Below are positions 12,986-24,477 of a stretch of 64,000 nucleotides of DNA, piece by piece (the first letter of the stretch is position 1; every line of letters begins with the position of its first letter). This DNA is from Blepharisma stoltei ATCC 30299 (Eukaryota; Protista; Ciliophora): contig CBFDEM010000044.1 of assembly GCA_965603825.1 (NCBI GenBank), positions 124,001 through 188,000 on the forward strand, written 5' to 3'. Under the pieces are notes generated by a model. That model was given only the letters and a program-made list of their open reading frames with translations, did no database searches and was not told where the DNA came from. A program made the translations under genes and the position numbers.

Positions 12986-13639
12986 ATGCGAGTTTTTAGA
13001 AAGTTTAGTATTTCTCCTTGGATAACTTACCCAGTAGACGACATAACAGCCACAAAGACTCGAATTTTTTATTCCCTTCTCAGCGACAACACAATGCTTA
13101 AATTCACACCTGTAAAAGCCGTGTTTTCTAGGAGAAAAGAAGAATTTTTAGTTGTAAAAAGAAAAGGGTTTATGAAGGTCGAATTTATCCCTCGAAAAAT
13201 CGACGCAAATAATTTTGGTAAAATTGAAAATGACTATGATAGCGCCAAATTGTTTCAGCTGCAGCCTGAAGATATAGATAGCTTACTTACATCAAAAGAA
13301 GGCACATATGAGTATAAGCAAAAAATTAAAAAGAACTTCAGAGTCCTCAGAGTGGAGAAAACTGCAGGAGACTGAAAATGGGCCGTTGCACAAACAAGTA
13401 TAAGTCCGACTGGAAATCAGATCACAAGTGGAAATGGGAAAACTGAAGGCCCTGAGGTTGTTGTGAATGCACAAGAAATGTTTATTATAAAGCACTTTTT
13501 CAATGTAAAGGATATTTAGTTTACAATTCCTTATTTGATGGGCTGGCAAGTAATTAAAGATGATGGTCTGGCCAAGTTTAGTATGGAAAGTCATGATGAA
13601 AGCTTGATTTTTGATGAAGAAACTTTAACTAGCAATTAA
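12986..13639 (+). CDS. Whirly-domain ssDNA/RNA-binding protein, probably mitochondrial (~212 aa)
   Basis: TGA at 13373 read as Trp plus removal of intron 13505-13519 gives C-terminal FFNFTIPYLMGWQ, matching the plant Whirly C-terminal motif FNF.MPYLLGW; upstream KRKGFMKVEFIP, DYDSAKLFQL and RVLRVE fall in Whirly order. Confidence 0.72.
13505..13519 (+). other. 15-nt spliceosomal intron GTAAAGGATATTTAG
   Basis: Contains in-frame TAG; removal restores the Whirly C-terminal motif. Confidence 0.88.
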
Positions 13640-13717
13640 GCTGCAAATTAATAAAAATAATCAGGCATTAAATTTACATTAAATCAACAGGTATCTGATC
13701 ATATTGATTTTTTATAA

Positions 13718-16318
13718 ATGTATCATACTCAGATTGAAGATGACCCATTTGGGATCAAATGGGACCAGAATATCCAGATTGAGTCTTTTGAGCAAAAACT
13801 GCTGGAAGATAAGCCGAAAGACCACTCATATTACGAATGCACTCTGAAATGCAGTGTAAATAATAATGAATACAAATGACCAATTACGTTTTCCATTACA
13901 GATGCCAGAAATTTATATGAAGAGCTTAAACCAAAAATTAAAGATCCAGATATAAATTTACCAAAAATCCCAACCAAAGCAGATTTTAAATCTTTAAATA
14001 TCCGAGACCGTTTGGATTTTCTCCACTCTTTCCTTCAAAGCGCCATTTTAAACTATTTCTCAACAGCTGAAGTTCGAAAAGTCCTTGAAATTTCCCCAAA
14101 ATCTTTTTCTTCCCATATCAAGCTTAAAGAAGGTTATATCAATAAAGAGAGACGAGACCGTAAAATGAGTCATGCCTATATAACAGATTACATAAAAAGA
14201 ACTTATGAGTTAAGGTGGCTAAGGCTCAGAGAAAATGGCTTGGAATTTTTAATTGACCAAGTTTCTGAAAAAATGAATGAGTCTATGTTTTTTACCCGAG
14301 ATTTTTCAGTCAAACCATATGGGTGCACAAAGCTAAAAATCACTTCTGATGAGTATGATTTAATAATTGATATAAACAGTAAGAAAAAGAGGCAGCTTTG
14401 GCTTGACTCAATAATCCAAGCTCTAGGCCGCTGTGATCAGTATAATTTTGTCCCAAGATTTGGGTCTTCATTTCCAGTCCGCCATGGAAACCGTGTCAAA
14501 GCTTATATAGATGGCGAAAATTACTATTCCGACGTATATGACAGCTTAATTTCTGCAAGAGACATTATTTGTATCGCAGACTGATGGATGTGTCCTCAGC
14601 TTTATTTAAAGCGCCCACCTACTCAAAATGAAGACTCAAGGCTTGACAGAGTCTTAGTCTCCGCCTCTCAAAGAGGCGTAAAAGTTTATATCATAGTATA
14701 CCTTGAAAGCAAGCTTGGAGGCACCAATAATTCTTTATATGTAGAAAGTACATTTGCCAAATATTCAAATATAAAGGTTATTAGACATCCATTTAACCCC
14801 CGACTTCCTCATGCCCAAGATCTATGGTTTTGGTCACATCATGAAAAAATGGTGATTATTGATAATGCCATGGTATTTATGGGAGGCTTAGATTTGTGCC
14901 TGGGAAGATGGGACACACAAGAACATAAGCTTAGAGATGACGGAAATGTAAAAATATGGAACGGAATGGATTATTCCAATGTGAGGGTCAAGGATTTTGT
15001 AGAAACTGATAATTATTTAGTAGACTCAGTTAATAGAAGAAATGTTCCAAGGATGCCTTGGCATGATGTAGCGATACAGATTAAAGGAAATGTGGTATAT
15101 GACCTGTCAGCTCATTTTAGGGCTAGGTGGAATTTTATGGTAAAAGACACTTTGTCACAAACTGAAAGTTTGCCTATAGCTGATATCCCAGTTTTGCATT
15201 TGGATTATGATATTCTTGACCCAAGCCATGATGACCACCAGCAACTTAAAGAAATAATCCAAGAAACTTTTAGTGACATTAATGATCCTCATTTGCTATA
15301 TACAGACATTCTGACCACAGAAGAAGACATCTATGAATGTCAACTTGTTATAAGTGCTTCAGCATGAAGCTTAGGAAGGACTCAAACTGAGCACTCTATA
15401 CAAAATGCCTATATAGAGCTAATTCAACAGTCTGATCATTTTATTTATATAGAAAACCAATACTTTATCTCGTCAACTGCTTCTTCTTATGTAGAAAACC
15501 AAATAACTAACGCTTTAACAGACCGTATTATAAAAGCTGCTTCAGAAAATTCTCCTTTTAAAGTCATAATTTTGCTTCCTTTAATTCCTGCTTATGAAGG
15601 AGAGCTTAACATTTATAATTTTGCGACGACTGCAATAAAAGAAATAATGAGCTGGCAATATAAAACAATTTCTAGGTCTCCAAGCTCCATTTTTAGCAAA
15701 CTAAAAGAAAGAGGAATAGACCCAAGCCATTACATTAATTTTTATTCACTAAGAACTCATGGAATCCTCAATGATGGCCCTGTCACTGAGCAAGTATATA
15801 TTCATGCAAAAATAATGATTGTGGACGATAAAAATGTGATTATAGGAAGCGCCAATTTAAATGATAGAAGCATGAATGGGGATAGGGACTCAGAGGTTGC
15901 AGTTGTGGTAAAAGAGGGAAAAATGCAAAAAGGAAAAATGGCTGGTGAAAGCTGTGAGGTGTCTGAATTTGCACACAAGTTGAGGGTAGACTTGTGCATG
16001 GAGCATTTGGGGATTGAGGAGATTTCTGTTGTGGAGGATCCATTTGAGGCAGAGTTTTGTGAGTTGTGGGAAAATACTGCGAGGATCAATACTGAGCAAT
16101 ATAGGAAAGTATTTAGGTGCTATCCAGATAACGAAATCAACTTATTGTCAAGAATTCAGAGTTTCAGGGAGCAGAAAGAAATAAATGCATACTCAGAGCT
16201 TTCAAGAACTGTTAAAGGGCATCTTGTGCAATTTCCATTAGAATTTTTGTCTGAAGAAAAACTTAAGAAGACTGATTATTTGCCAAACATTGTTCTAAAA
16301 GATGAACTTTATACTTAA
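13718..16318 (+). CDS. Phospholipase D, PX-PH type (PLD1/PLD-zeta-like, ~866 aa)
   Basis: Two HKD motifs (HHEKMVIID, HAKIMIVDD..GSANLNDRS); IAD-W(TGA)-WMCPQLYLKRP and SASA-W(TGA)-SLG match conserved Trp; PRMPWHD, YIENQYF. Confidence 0.95.
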
Positions 16319-17180
16319 TAAGTTCAATGTATTTTTCTTATTAATTATTCTTAATAGCTTTTAATAGATATTAAGCCAGCTGCACCAATAAGATAAAACA
16401 ATTGCAAAATTTTAGAGCAGCATAAATATTTTTTAGCTTTATTGCTTTATATATTAAATTTATGAGGCTTTTCTCTTTAAATTGCGAAATGTGAATGCTG
16501 GCCAATTGTGCAATCAGATTCATTAAAATTTTTTACGGGATTGAGATCTTATTTTTGTAATTTTGTCGATCATTCTTGAATTAATGGGATTTTTTCAGCC
16601 AACACTGACAAATCTCTTTGGACTTCTTTTAATTATCTAAACAGTTGCTGATATTTTTTATGGTGATTGTTAGGTTTAGATTTCAAATTTATATGCAGAT
16701 TTGTCTATATTTGAAGTATTTCATTACCTTTTAAATGAATAAACGTCTGATCTGTTCTAACGTTGAATAGCGCACTCAGAAGAGGGATCCAATTTTTGCC
16801 ACCTTTCTTGCGTTTCCAATGTTTTACAGACATCACTGTCCAAAACGCAGCATATCGTTCTTTATCGCTAAATCAAAGCAGATGACATTCAGAAATTTGA
16901 ATCTGATGCCATAATGATCATCCATGATGAATCAATTATATCACCGAATTAACCCCCTGGAGCTAATTTTTTAATGCAAACCCCAAATCTACGAATTTCT
17001 TTGCAAAAATCCCATCTCGAGCTACTCTTATTGCCGACACAAGATTTTGAAGATCTCTAATTGTACATCGTTAAAAAAATCAAGGTTTTCCCGGCAACTT
17101 CTTCCACCAAATTCATAGGGTTCCAAATGTATAAATCCCTGCTGAATTAACGCCTAAAAGCCCGGGAAACTTTTGGGGAG

Positions 17181-17882
17181 ATGGCCCAACCTTTACGAGA
17201 TTCTCAAAGGTGACTTTTGAATAACTGGGTATTATCTTTCATTTTCTGGCTCAGAATGCAGCAAGAACAAGATATGGAAGTTGTGCGTAAGATTCACATA
17301 GATTACACTTATTACAGACATAGCGCCCCAAAAGATGTTATTTATTACCGCTGCTCAGATAGGCGTTGTCCTGCAAGGCTTCACTATGATACTCAGACGA
17401 AAGAAATTAGTTTTAAAAATAATCATTTGAGCCCAGCGATTCATAGGCCTTCAAACTCAAAAAGAGCCATCACTACCCAGCAGCTGCTGAAAATGCCTGA
17501 CCACAAAATGAGGGCTCCTGTAGTTGTAACCCAAGTAATCCCATCTCAAAAGGTGAGAAGTGAAGAAGAGTTAAATTTGCCGAAGAAGAGAGAAAGGTTT
17601 GTCACATTAATCAATGGCTCGCCTCAAGAAATATTTATGATCAGATTCTTTGTGGACAACGTTGATTCTGCACACCTATTTTCAAGAGAAGTGATATCAA
17701 AATGCATTGGAAATAAAGTCAATTGTTTTACCACAGGAGTTCAGCTTACCTTTGCAAATTCGCAAGATCTAAAAGTTGTGATTGAGGTGGAGACTGTACA
17801 AGACCAAATTTCAAAGGTTATTTTGTTGATGAACCAGGTTTTTGGAAAAGAAATTGATGTTGATATCTTCAAGAAGCATTAA
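17181..17882 (+). CDS. FLYWCH/WRKY-like zinc-finger protein (alternative start 17256)
   Basis: YTYYRHS..VIYYRCSDRRCPARLHY..NNHLSPAIH fits the C-x4-C...H..H FLYWCH/WRKY-GCM pattern; first in-frame ATG at 17181 with TGA at 17211. Confidence 0.65.
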
Positions 17883-18104
17883 TAAGCAATTTAATTTAAA
17901 TTGACTAAAAATCGTACCGTTAAGGGAATTGGGTTTGTGAATTGGGCTGGGCAAACCCCAATTTGGACTATAGAAATGGATGGTTTTTGGATTTTTTCAG
18001 GCAACAGTTTAAGATAAGTTAAATATGATGCATTTCTATGATGCTCAATAGATGCTTAATCCAAATCAGCTATTTATTAATTAAGAATGACAACTATAAT
18101 TAAA

Positions 18105-21100
18105 TTATGATTTTATAAGCCATGGGCTACTTCTATGATGTGGCAAATAAGGAGGCAAGCTTGTATCAACCTTTGATTGATTAGTAAAACCTCTTGGAGT
18201 GCTAGAAATATAAGTATCAAGAATTTCTGAATGATGGGCATTTGGAGGGTATGCTAGCTTATGGTTCTGCGTCGGTAAATCATAGGTCAGGTTTTCTTGA
18301 TATGAGAGATTTCGTCTTCTTACAGTGTTATGGTCAATAAATTCTTGAAGAATAAAAATAAAATCGCTATTCTTCTGCAGCATTTGGGTAATAAGGGAAT
18401 CTTTATTACTCCTGTTAAATATACTTAAAACTAAATTGCAGGTTTCTTCAGGACTTAGCATTTCAGGTGAAATTGGCTGATTTTCTTCTGAATCTTTTAG
18501 TTTTACTGTTAATTCTTCAATTGCTTGACTAAGCCTTGATCTTTCTTCATTCCAAGCAGTTTTTTCATTAGTCGCATTTTCTATCCATTTTTTTGTTTTT
18601 AGCATATGGTTTTTATATTCCTGGGAGAGATTTTTAAGCTCGTCTTCATATTTTCTTTGTTTCTCTTTGATCATCGCTGTATTTTTTAGCTCTTCCTCAT
18701 ACCTTCTTTGCCTTTCTTTATATTCTTCTAAAGCTACTCTTAATTTCGCTATTTCTTCACTATATTTAATAATATTCTGTCCTTCATTTTCAGTAAGAGA
18801 AGAGCTTTGTCTCTTTTTTACTGCCAATTGGATTTCCATCTTTTTATTAATTTCTTGCTTCATCTCTTCAAGCTCGGCTTTATGCTGGCTTTCCCACATC
18901 ATTTGTAAACTATTCACAAAAACTGACAAAAGCTCGGTAAATTCTGAAAACTTTTTCTTCATATTTCTATTAGGTGTTTTAAGCCACATCTGGAAATTAA
19001 TATAATTTTCTACTTCAGCTTCTAAATATTTATAAACTTCTTCCAGCTCATTTTTCTTGCCTGAAAATCCTTCGTTTTCTTCATCCCCTCCCCATCTTTT
19101 TCTGCCTGAAGAAAACGGCATATCACTATAATAAGAGCTGTCAAAAGAAGTTAAGCAGCTTTGTTTTCTGAAATCTTCTGATCTTTTATGCAGCTCTTCT
19201 CTTAAGGTTTCTTTTTCTTTTGCATATTGCTCTTCGAGCTGTTTTACTGCATTTATATAATTTTCTTGAAGCTCTTTTCTTATTTTAATTTCAATTTCGT
19301 GTGATTTTTCAATTAAAGCGGCTTCTTTGACTTCTTCGAAAAATTTTTTGGTTTCTTCTTCTCTTTGTTTAAAAGTTTTTTTGAGCTGCTCAGTAATGGA
19401 TTTTATAGCTTCGTTTTTTTCTTTTTCAGCTTCTAATTTGAGGGATTCTTCTTTGTCCTGAAGCTCTTTTTGGTGCTTTGACTGCATGAGACTGATTTTT
19501 TGTTTGGTTTTGCGTTCCCATTCTTTGCGCTCATGGTTAAGTTTTTCTAATTCAGAAACTTCGACTTCTTTTTTGGCGGCTTCAAGAGAATTTTCAGCTG
19601 CTTCTTTGAGCTTTCGCTGTTCTCTTTCCCATTCTCTTTTCTGCTTAAGGTGTTCTTGTTTAGCGTTGTTTAGCTTTTCTTTATAATCCTGCTTAATTTC
19701 TTCTTTTATTCGTTTTTGTTCTATTTCATGAGCTTCTTTTAGAGATTCGATTTTTTGTTCTTTTAGCAGCAATTCTTTTTCAAGCTGATTTTTTTCTTTT
19801 TTTAGCAATTCTTGCCACTCTTTTTCTTTTTCTTGAAGAATCACAAGAAGCTCGTCTTGGCTTCTTTGAGTGTCAAGCAATAAAGACTGTTCTTTTATAT
19901 TCATTAAATCTTGATGTCTTTCTCTTTCAATTTGGATCTGTTTATCGCAATCTTCTTTTATTTTTCTGATATTTTCTTCGCACTCCATATTGATTTTTTG
20001 CTCTTTTTCTGTGAAATCTTTTGATAATTTTGACTTAAATTCTTGAATTTTTTCTTTGTACTCAATTTCCATTTCTTCAAGTCTTGACGACAATGTGTCA
20101 TCAATTGATAATAGTTCTTCTTGGGTTTTTTCATGCTGCATTATTTTTTCTGAGCGAATTTTTATTTCATTTTTCAGCCTTTTGATTTCATCTTCTAAAT
20201 CACTTTTTTCATGCTCAAACCTATCAATTAAATTTGACCTCTCTTTTTCGTATTTTGTCCTTATTTCTTCAATTTTTTCTTTAAAAAGTTTTTCGCATTC
20301 ATCTAATTTTAATTCCAAATTTTTTTCGTATTTTTCTTCAATAATCCTGATTTTTGTTTTATTTTCTTTTTCAGACTCAGAAATTTTTTTCTCAAAAATC
20401 GCAATTTTCTTTTCATATTCTTCTCTAATATCTTTTTCAAGATTTTCAGGGTCTGGATATGAAGAAATTTCGTTTTCAAGCTCCTCAATTCTTTCATCAC
20501 GCTCTTTTAGAGTTTGTAGCAAATCTTCAGTTTCTGCTTTATATTTAGCTTGCAAAGATTGTAGAGAAGATTTTAACTTTTGGGCTTCTTGGTTAGGCTC
20601 ATCTTTTTCAAGCTCTATTTTTTTCAATGAGTCTCGATGAAGATGTCCTCTTTGTTCTTCAATTTGCCGCTTATAATTATCAATAAGATTTTGTGCCTGA
20701 TTATTTGCATGCCTTAAATTTTCCATTTCTTCTTGATACTGGCTTGCTAGCTCTTTTGATAGCTGTAATTCACTTTCAAGCCTTCTTATGGTTTTATTTT
20801 GTTCTAATTGATTATTTTCAATAATTCTTATATCGCTTTTCTTTTTACTTTTTTCTTCTTCAAGCTCTTGAGCTAATTCTTCAATTTTATCATTTAAATC
20901 GTGTATAATCTCATTAGAATTCCTATCATTATTTTTATATTCTTCAATTTTTGCAGTTAAATCAATTATTTCTTGGTGCATGTTGTGAATTTCTGCTTCC
21001 ATAATTGCGATTGTTTCTTTTTCTTCTAAATCGTCTATTGCAGTTTCTGGCTTATTTTTTGAGTTAATTTGCCATTTTAACTGTGAGATTTCTTCTTCAT

Positions 21101-22760
21101 AGCTGCTAATTCTTTTTTTCAAAATATTGTTTTCGTCTTGAGATTTTAATATTTTTTTTTCATATTGGTCTTTTATTTTATTTAAATGAGTTTCATAGTC
21201 AGCATTTGTAGTCCTGCCAGCCTGGACGTCATTAAGCTGGGTTTCTAAGGTCTCGATCTGAAGTTTTGCCATTTTTAGGTCATCAAATTCTTTTTGTGAG
21301 TCTTCATTAAATATTTTCAGCTTTTTACTAGCTTCATTAAACGCTTCTTTAAGATTTAAAATTTCTTTGTCTTTTTCTTCATTTTTTGCTTTTTCTTTTT
21401 TAAGCTGCTGATCAAATTGATTTAATTTTACTTCACTTGACTGCTTAAAAGCTAAAAATTCATTTTCAAGCTGCTCTTTTGATTTTTGTAAAAAATCAAT
21501 TTTATCCAAATGGGCCTGAATTTCTTTCATTTTTGCATTATTTACGATTTTCAGCCCTGAAATTTCCATAGTTAGCTCTTCAATTTCTTTTTCTCTTGGG
21601 GTCGTGCTTTCTATAATACTTCGCTGTGATAGAGCATGTGTTAAATCTTCAATTTTTTTATCTTTTTCATCAATATACAGCTTAAGCTGTCTTATTTCTT
21701 CTCTAGCATACCCTAATGATTTTCCTTGCATTTGCTCCAAGCTTGACTGGTCTTTATACTTATACTGAAGCATTTTCAAATGCTCTTCTAAGTCACTAAT
21801 TTTTTGCAAAAAATCCCCTCTTTCAGCTTCAAGTTTTTTCGCATATGCCGCATTATCATAAAGCTCTTTTTGGGTGATTTCATGCATTTCTTGTTCTTTT
21901 TTTAATGCAATTTTAATATTTGAAATATCATTTTTCAGCTTTTGGTTGTCGTCATAAATAATCGAGTTTTCTCTAGCTTGTATTAAAGACGCATCATGGG
22001 TTTTCATTTGATTTGATAATAACGCACTGCCTTGGCTTATAGCGTCACTTGCCAAATTTCCTTTTTTATTCGCTCTAAAGCTGTTATTAGCTGACGACCT
22101 TTTTGAATTGATATCTGTAGGCCCCATAAACCACCCTTGGTCATGATTTCCAGGTGAAAATGTAAGTGCTTCATTTTCATCATGAGTAGGATAATCCAGC
22201 ACAGGTAGCCCATGAGATGACCCTGGCCTTCTGCTTGATGGTATTGCAATATCAATTTTTTCAATTGAAGAATGCGGCCTTACCAAGGCTGGAGGCATTG
22301 AGGAATCGTTTTGCGACTGGTCCCAAAAGTCAAGATCTTGGTCAATTGACATGCTAGGCGCTGAAACCTGAGGAAAGAGACCTTCAGTTTGAGTTATATG
22401 AGCTCTGCTCCAATTCATCATTTTTGAAATCTGCTTTGGGGTGAAGGCTCGAGACTGAGGCTGAGAACAGCTGCTTTCAGGCCGAGACTCATCAAAATTA
22501 AGGTGTCTAGGATGCTCTATATCAGTGTTTTGGTTAATTGTGGAATTCATAGAACTCTCGAAGAAATCTTCAATTGGAGGTCTTTCTGGGGAAGTTTGCA
22601 TATCTTTGTAAGCACTTGAGTCGTGGTCGTATGCAGATCGGCCAGAAATAAGCTCAGATGACATGTCGCTGAAGCTTCCTTCTGGGACTTCAATTTGGTC
22701 AATTAGCTCGTGGAGTTCCCTATTTCTTTGTAAATCGCCGACACTGGGCTTTCTTTCCAT
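18105..22760 (-). CDS. Large coiled-coil protein (1551 aa), probably cytoskeletal/basal body
   Basis: Uninterrupted ORF; about 1100 aa of E/K/Q/L heptad-like sequence flanked by S/P-rich low-complexity ends. Confidence 0.85.
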   Translation of the reverse strand: MERKPSVGDLQRNRELHELIDQIEVPEGSFSDMSSELISGRSAYDHDSSAYKDMQTSPERPPIEDFFESSMNSTINQNTDIEHPRHLNFDESRPESSCSQPQSRAFTPKQISKMMNWSRAHITQTEGLFPQVSAPSMSIDQDLDFWDQSQNDSSMPPALVRPHSSIEKIDIAIPSSRRPGSSHGLPVLDYPTHDENEALTFSPGNHDQGWFMGPTDINSKRSSANNSFRANKKGNLASDAISQGSALLSNQMKTHDASLIQARENSIIYDDNQKLKNDISNIKIALKKEQEMHEITQKELYDNAAYAKKLEAERGDFLQKISDLEEHLKMLQYKYKDQSSLEQMQGKSLGYAREEIRQLKLYIDEKDKKIEDLTHALSQRSIIESTTPREKEIEELTMEISGLKIVNNAKMKEIQAHLDKIDFLQKSKEQLENEFLAFKQSSEVKLNQFDQQLKKEKAKNEEKDKEILNLKEAFNEASKKLKIFNEDSQKEFDDLKMAKLQIETLETQLNDVQAGRTTNADYETHLNKIKDQYEKKILKSQDENNILKKRISSYEEEISQLKWQINSKNKPETAIDDLEEKETIAIMEAEIHNMHQEIIDLTAKIEEYKNNDRNSNEIIHDLNDKIEELAQELEEEKSKKKSDIRIIENNQLEQNKTIRRLESELQLSKELASQYQEEMENLRHANNQAQNLIDNYKRQIEEQRGHLHRDSLKKIELEKDEPNQEAQKLKSSLQSLQAKYKAETEDLLQTLKERDERIEELENEISSYPDPENLEKDIREEYEKKIAIFEKKISESEKENKTKIRIIEEKYEKNLELKLDECEKLFKEKIEEIRTKYEKERSNLIDRFEHEKSDLEDEIKRLKNEIKIRSEKIMQHEKTQEELLSIDDTLSSRLEEMEIEYKEKIQEFKSKLSKDFTEKEQKINMECEENIRKIKEDCDKQIQIERERHQDLMNIKEQSLLLDTQRSQDELLVILQEKEKEWQELLKKEKNQLEKELLLKEQKIESLKEAHEIEQKRIKEEIKQDYKEKLNNAKQEHLKQKREWEREQRKLKEAAENSLEAAKKEVEVSELEKLNHERKEWERKTKQKISLMQSKHQKELQDKEESLKLEAEKEKNEAIKSITEQLKKTFKQREEETKKFFEEVKEAALIEKSHEIEIKIRKELQENYINAVKQLEEQYAKEKETLREELHKRSEDFRKQSCLTSFDSSYYSDMPFSSGRKRWGGDEENEGFSGKKNELEEVYKYLEAEVENYINFQMWLKTPNRNMKKKFSEFTELLSVFVNSLQMMWESQHKAELEEMKQEINKKMEIQLAVKKRQSSSLTENEGQNIIKYSEEIAKLRVALEEYKERQRRYEEELKNTAMIKEKQRKYEDELKNLSQEYKNHMLKTKKWIENATNEKTAWNEERSRLSQAIEELTVKLKDSEENQPISPEMLSPEETCNLVLSIFNRSNKDSLITQMLQKNSDFIFILQEFIDHNTVRRRNLSYQENLTYDLPTQNHKLAYPPNAHHSEILDTYISSTPRGFTNQSKVDTSLPPYLPHHRSSPWLIKS

Positions 22761-22850
22761 TTAATTTATTTATATCCCGGTTATAATTATAGCTACTATC
22801 AAATTTTGACTGATTTTTTAGTATTATAATACCTACTAATTAATAAACAT

Positions 22851-24431
22851 ATGGAAACCAAAAGCTTCAGATGGTTATTAGAAGTCTTAGCACATGAGCA
22901 TGTCAATTTGCCTGTATTAGACACGTTTCTAGTGAGCAAATCTCAAGTTTCTTCATGAATTATCACTGATAGTAAAGGAAAGCTTCACAAAAAACCTATG
23001 GATTCTGCCACTTATACGCTAAGCACAATAGATCTTATAAGCTCTGAATATTTTGAGGCGATTAAATTAAGACAAAGAGGATCAGATATCGCATATGTTT
23101 ATACTAGAGAAGGTAGAATAGTTGTTTCGCAAAATACATTAGAAGATTTCAAAATGAGGAACCTTTATGGGGTCACTGTTTTTTGTATTCAAAGGGCCAA
23201 GCCTCATTTAGGGGAAAATTCAAAATTATATAGACTTAAGCTTGAGTACTCGAAAAACGAATATTCAGCTGAATTTTATTTGATCAATCCTTTACTAAAA
23301 GTAAAGAATAGAGAATGGTTTCAAGAAGTAAAAGATATTGCAACGACTATTCTTGCTGCAATTTTAGAAAGTACAGAAAAAGTGATAATTTCAATTGATA
23401 TTGACTTTATGAAAGACGAAAGAAACCAGTTTTGGGTTGCCTATGTGTGGAATTGTAAACTAGTTCCTTGGGATATTTTTAAAGAAGAAAATTATGACTT
23501 CAAAAGCACTTATATAAGAATGGACTCAAAGATAGATTTAGGGAATAAGTTGAAAAGAAGAGATGATAGTCTTAATAAATTTGGAAATAAAAAGAAAAAA
23601 TTGTATCAGTTTAGGGTGAGAACGCCGGAGGATTCCGTGAGTAGTGAAGATGATGAATATGAGCATGGCTGATTGAATTTAAAAAAAAATTCAAAAATAA
23701 AATTATTAGGGTCAGCATTATTAAATGGAGTTTTAGCTGTCGAGCCAAACCTTGAGAGTAGAGACTCAAGGAAAAGATTTGCAATGGGTGGAAATAGTGT
23801 AGGAGGAACCTTAAGTGATAGGTCACTAAAACACAAAAGTTCCCAAAATGTGGACTCTACTTATGAAATTAATCCGCATTTTTTAGAGCTTCTATGCAAA
23901 ACGAGAGGAAAAATTAATTCAATTAAAGAAGGAAATTTTTTAAGCTTAAGACATGAAGAAGATAGTGAAATTGATAGAGAAAAAGAAAAATTACTAAAAG
24001 AAATAGGGGAGGAAGAAAAAATTCCTAATAATGCTCCAAAAATAATACCGTTTTTAGCAAATCTAATAAAAAAAGAAAAAGAATCCGCAAATAAGCCTAA
24101 ATCTGACCGAACACCGCCAAGAAGTAATATTCAAATTACCCCAAAGCTAGATTTCAAAATATTTAGCCCTGCAGCTGCAAAAAAACTGTCTCCAATTGAT
24201 AAAAAACCTCAGTCATCAGCTCGCCAAAAGAGATTGAGAAGAATTGAAACAATGAAAATCAGAAAAAGTGCAACAATTACAAAGAACACTACGTCCGCTA
24301 CACCATTACCAAGGGCAAGTCTTCCTTCCAAGCTATTATTAACTCCTACAATGAGTTTAAACAACCTTTCTCCAAAACTGACTACACCACAGCCAAGTCG
24401 TTCGCCAACTCTCCGATTTAATTTTACTTAA
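22851..24431 (+). CDS. Hypothetical protein (~526 aa) with basic S/P/T-rich C-terminus
   Basis: ATG 22851 in frame with ORFs 22998..23672 and 23673..24431 through two TGA; ends TAA TAA. Confidence 0.75.
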
Positions 24432-24477
24432 TAATGATATGAAATTCTACTCAAAAAGCTGTTATATTCACAAATTT

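Noticed and set aside
17927-17970. SECIS element implying UGA=Sec in the zinc-finger gene
   Set aside because: GTGA..AAA..GGA is present, but the helix register does not form the tandem GA quartet, and the TGA at 17211 is not in a redox motif.
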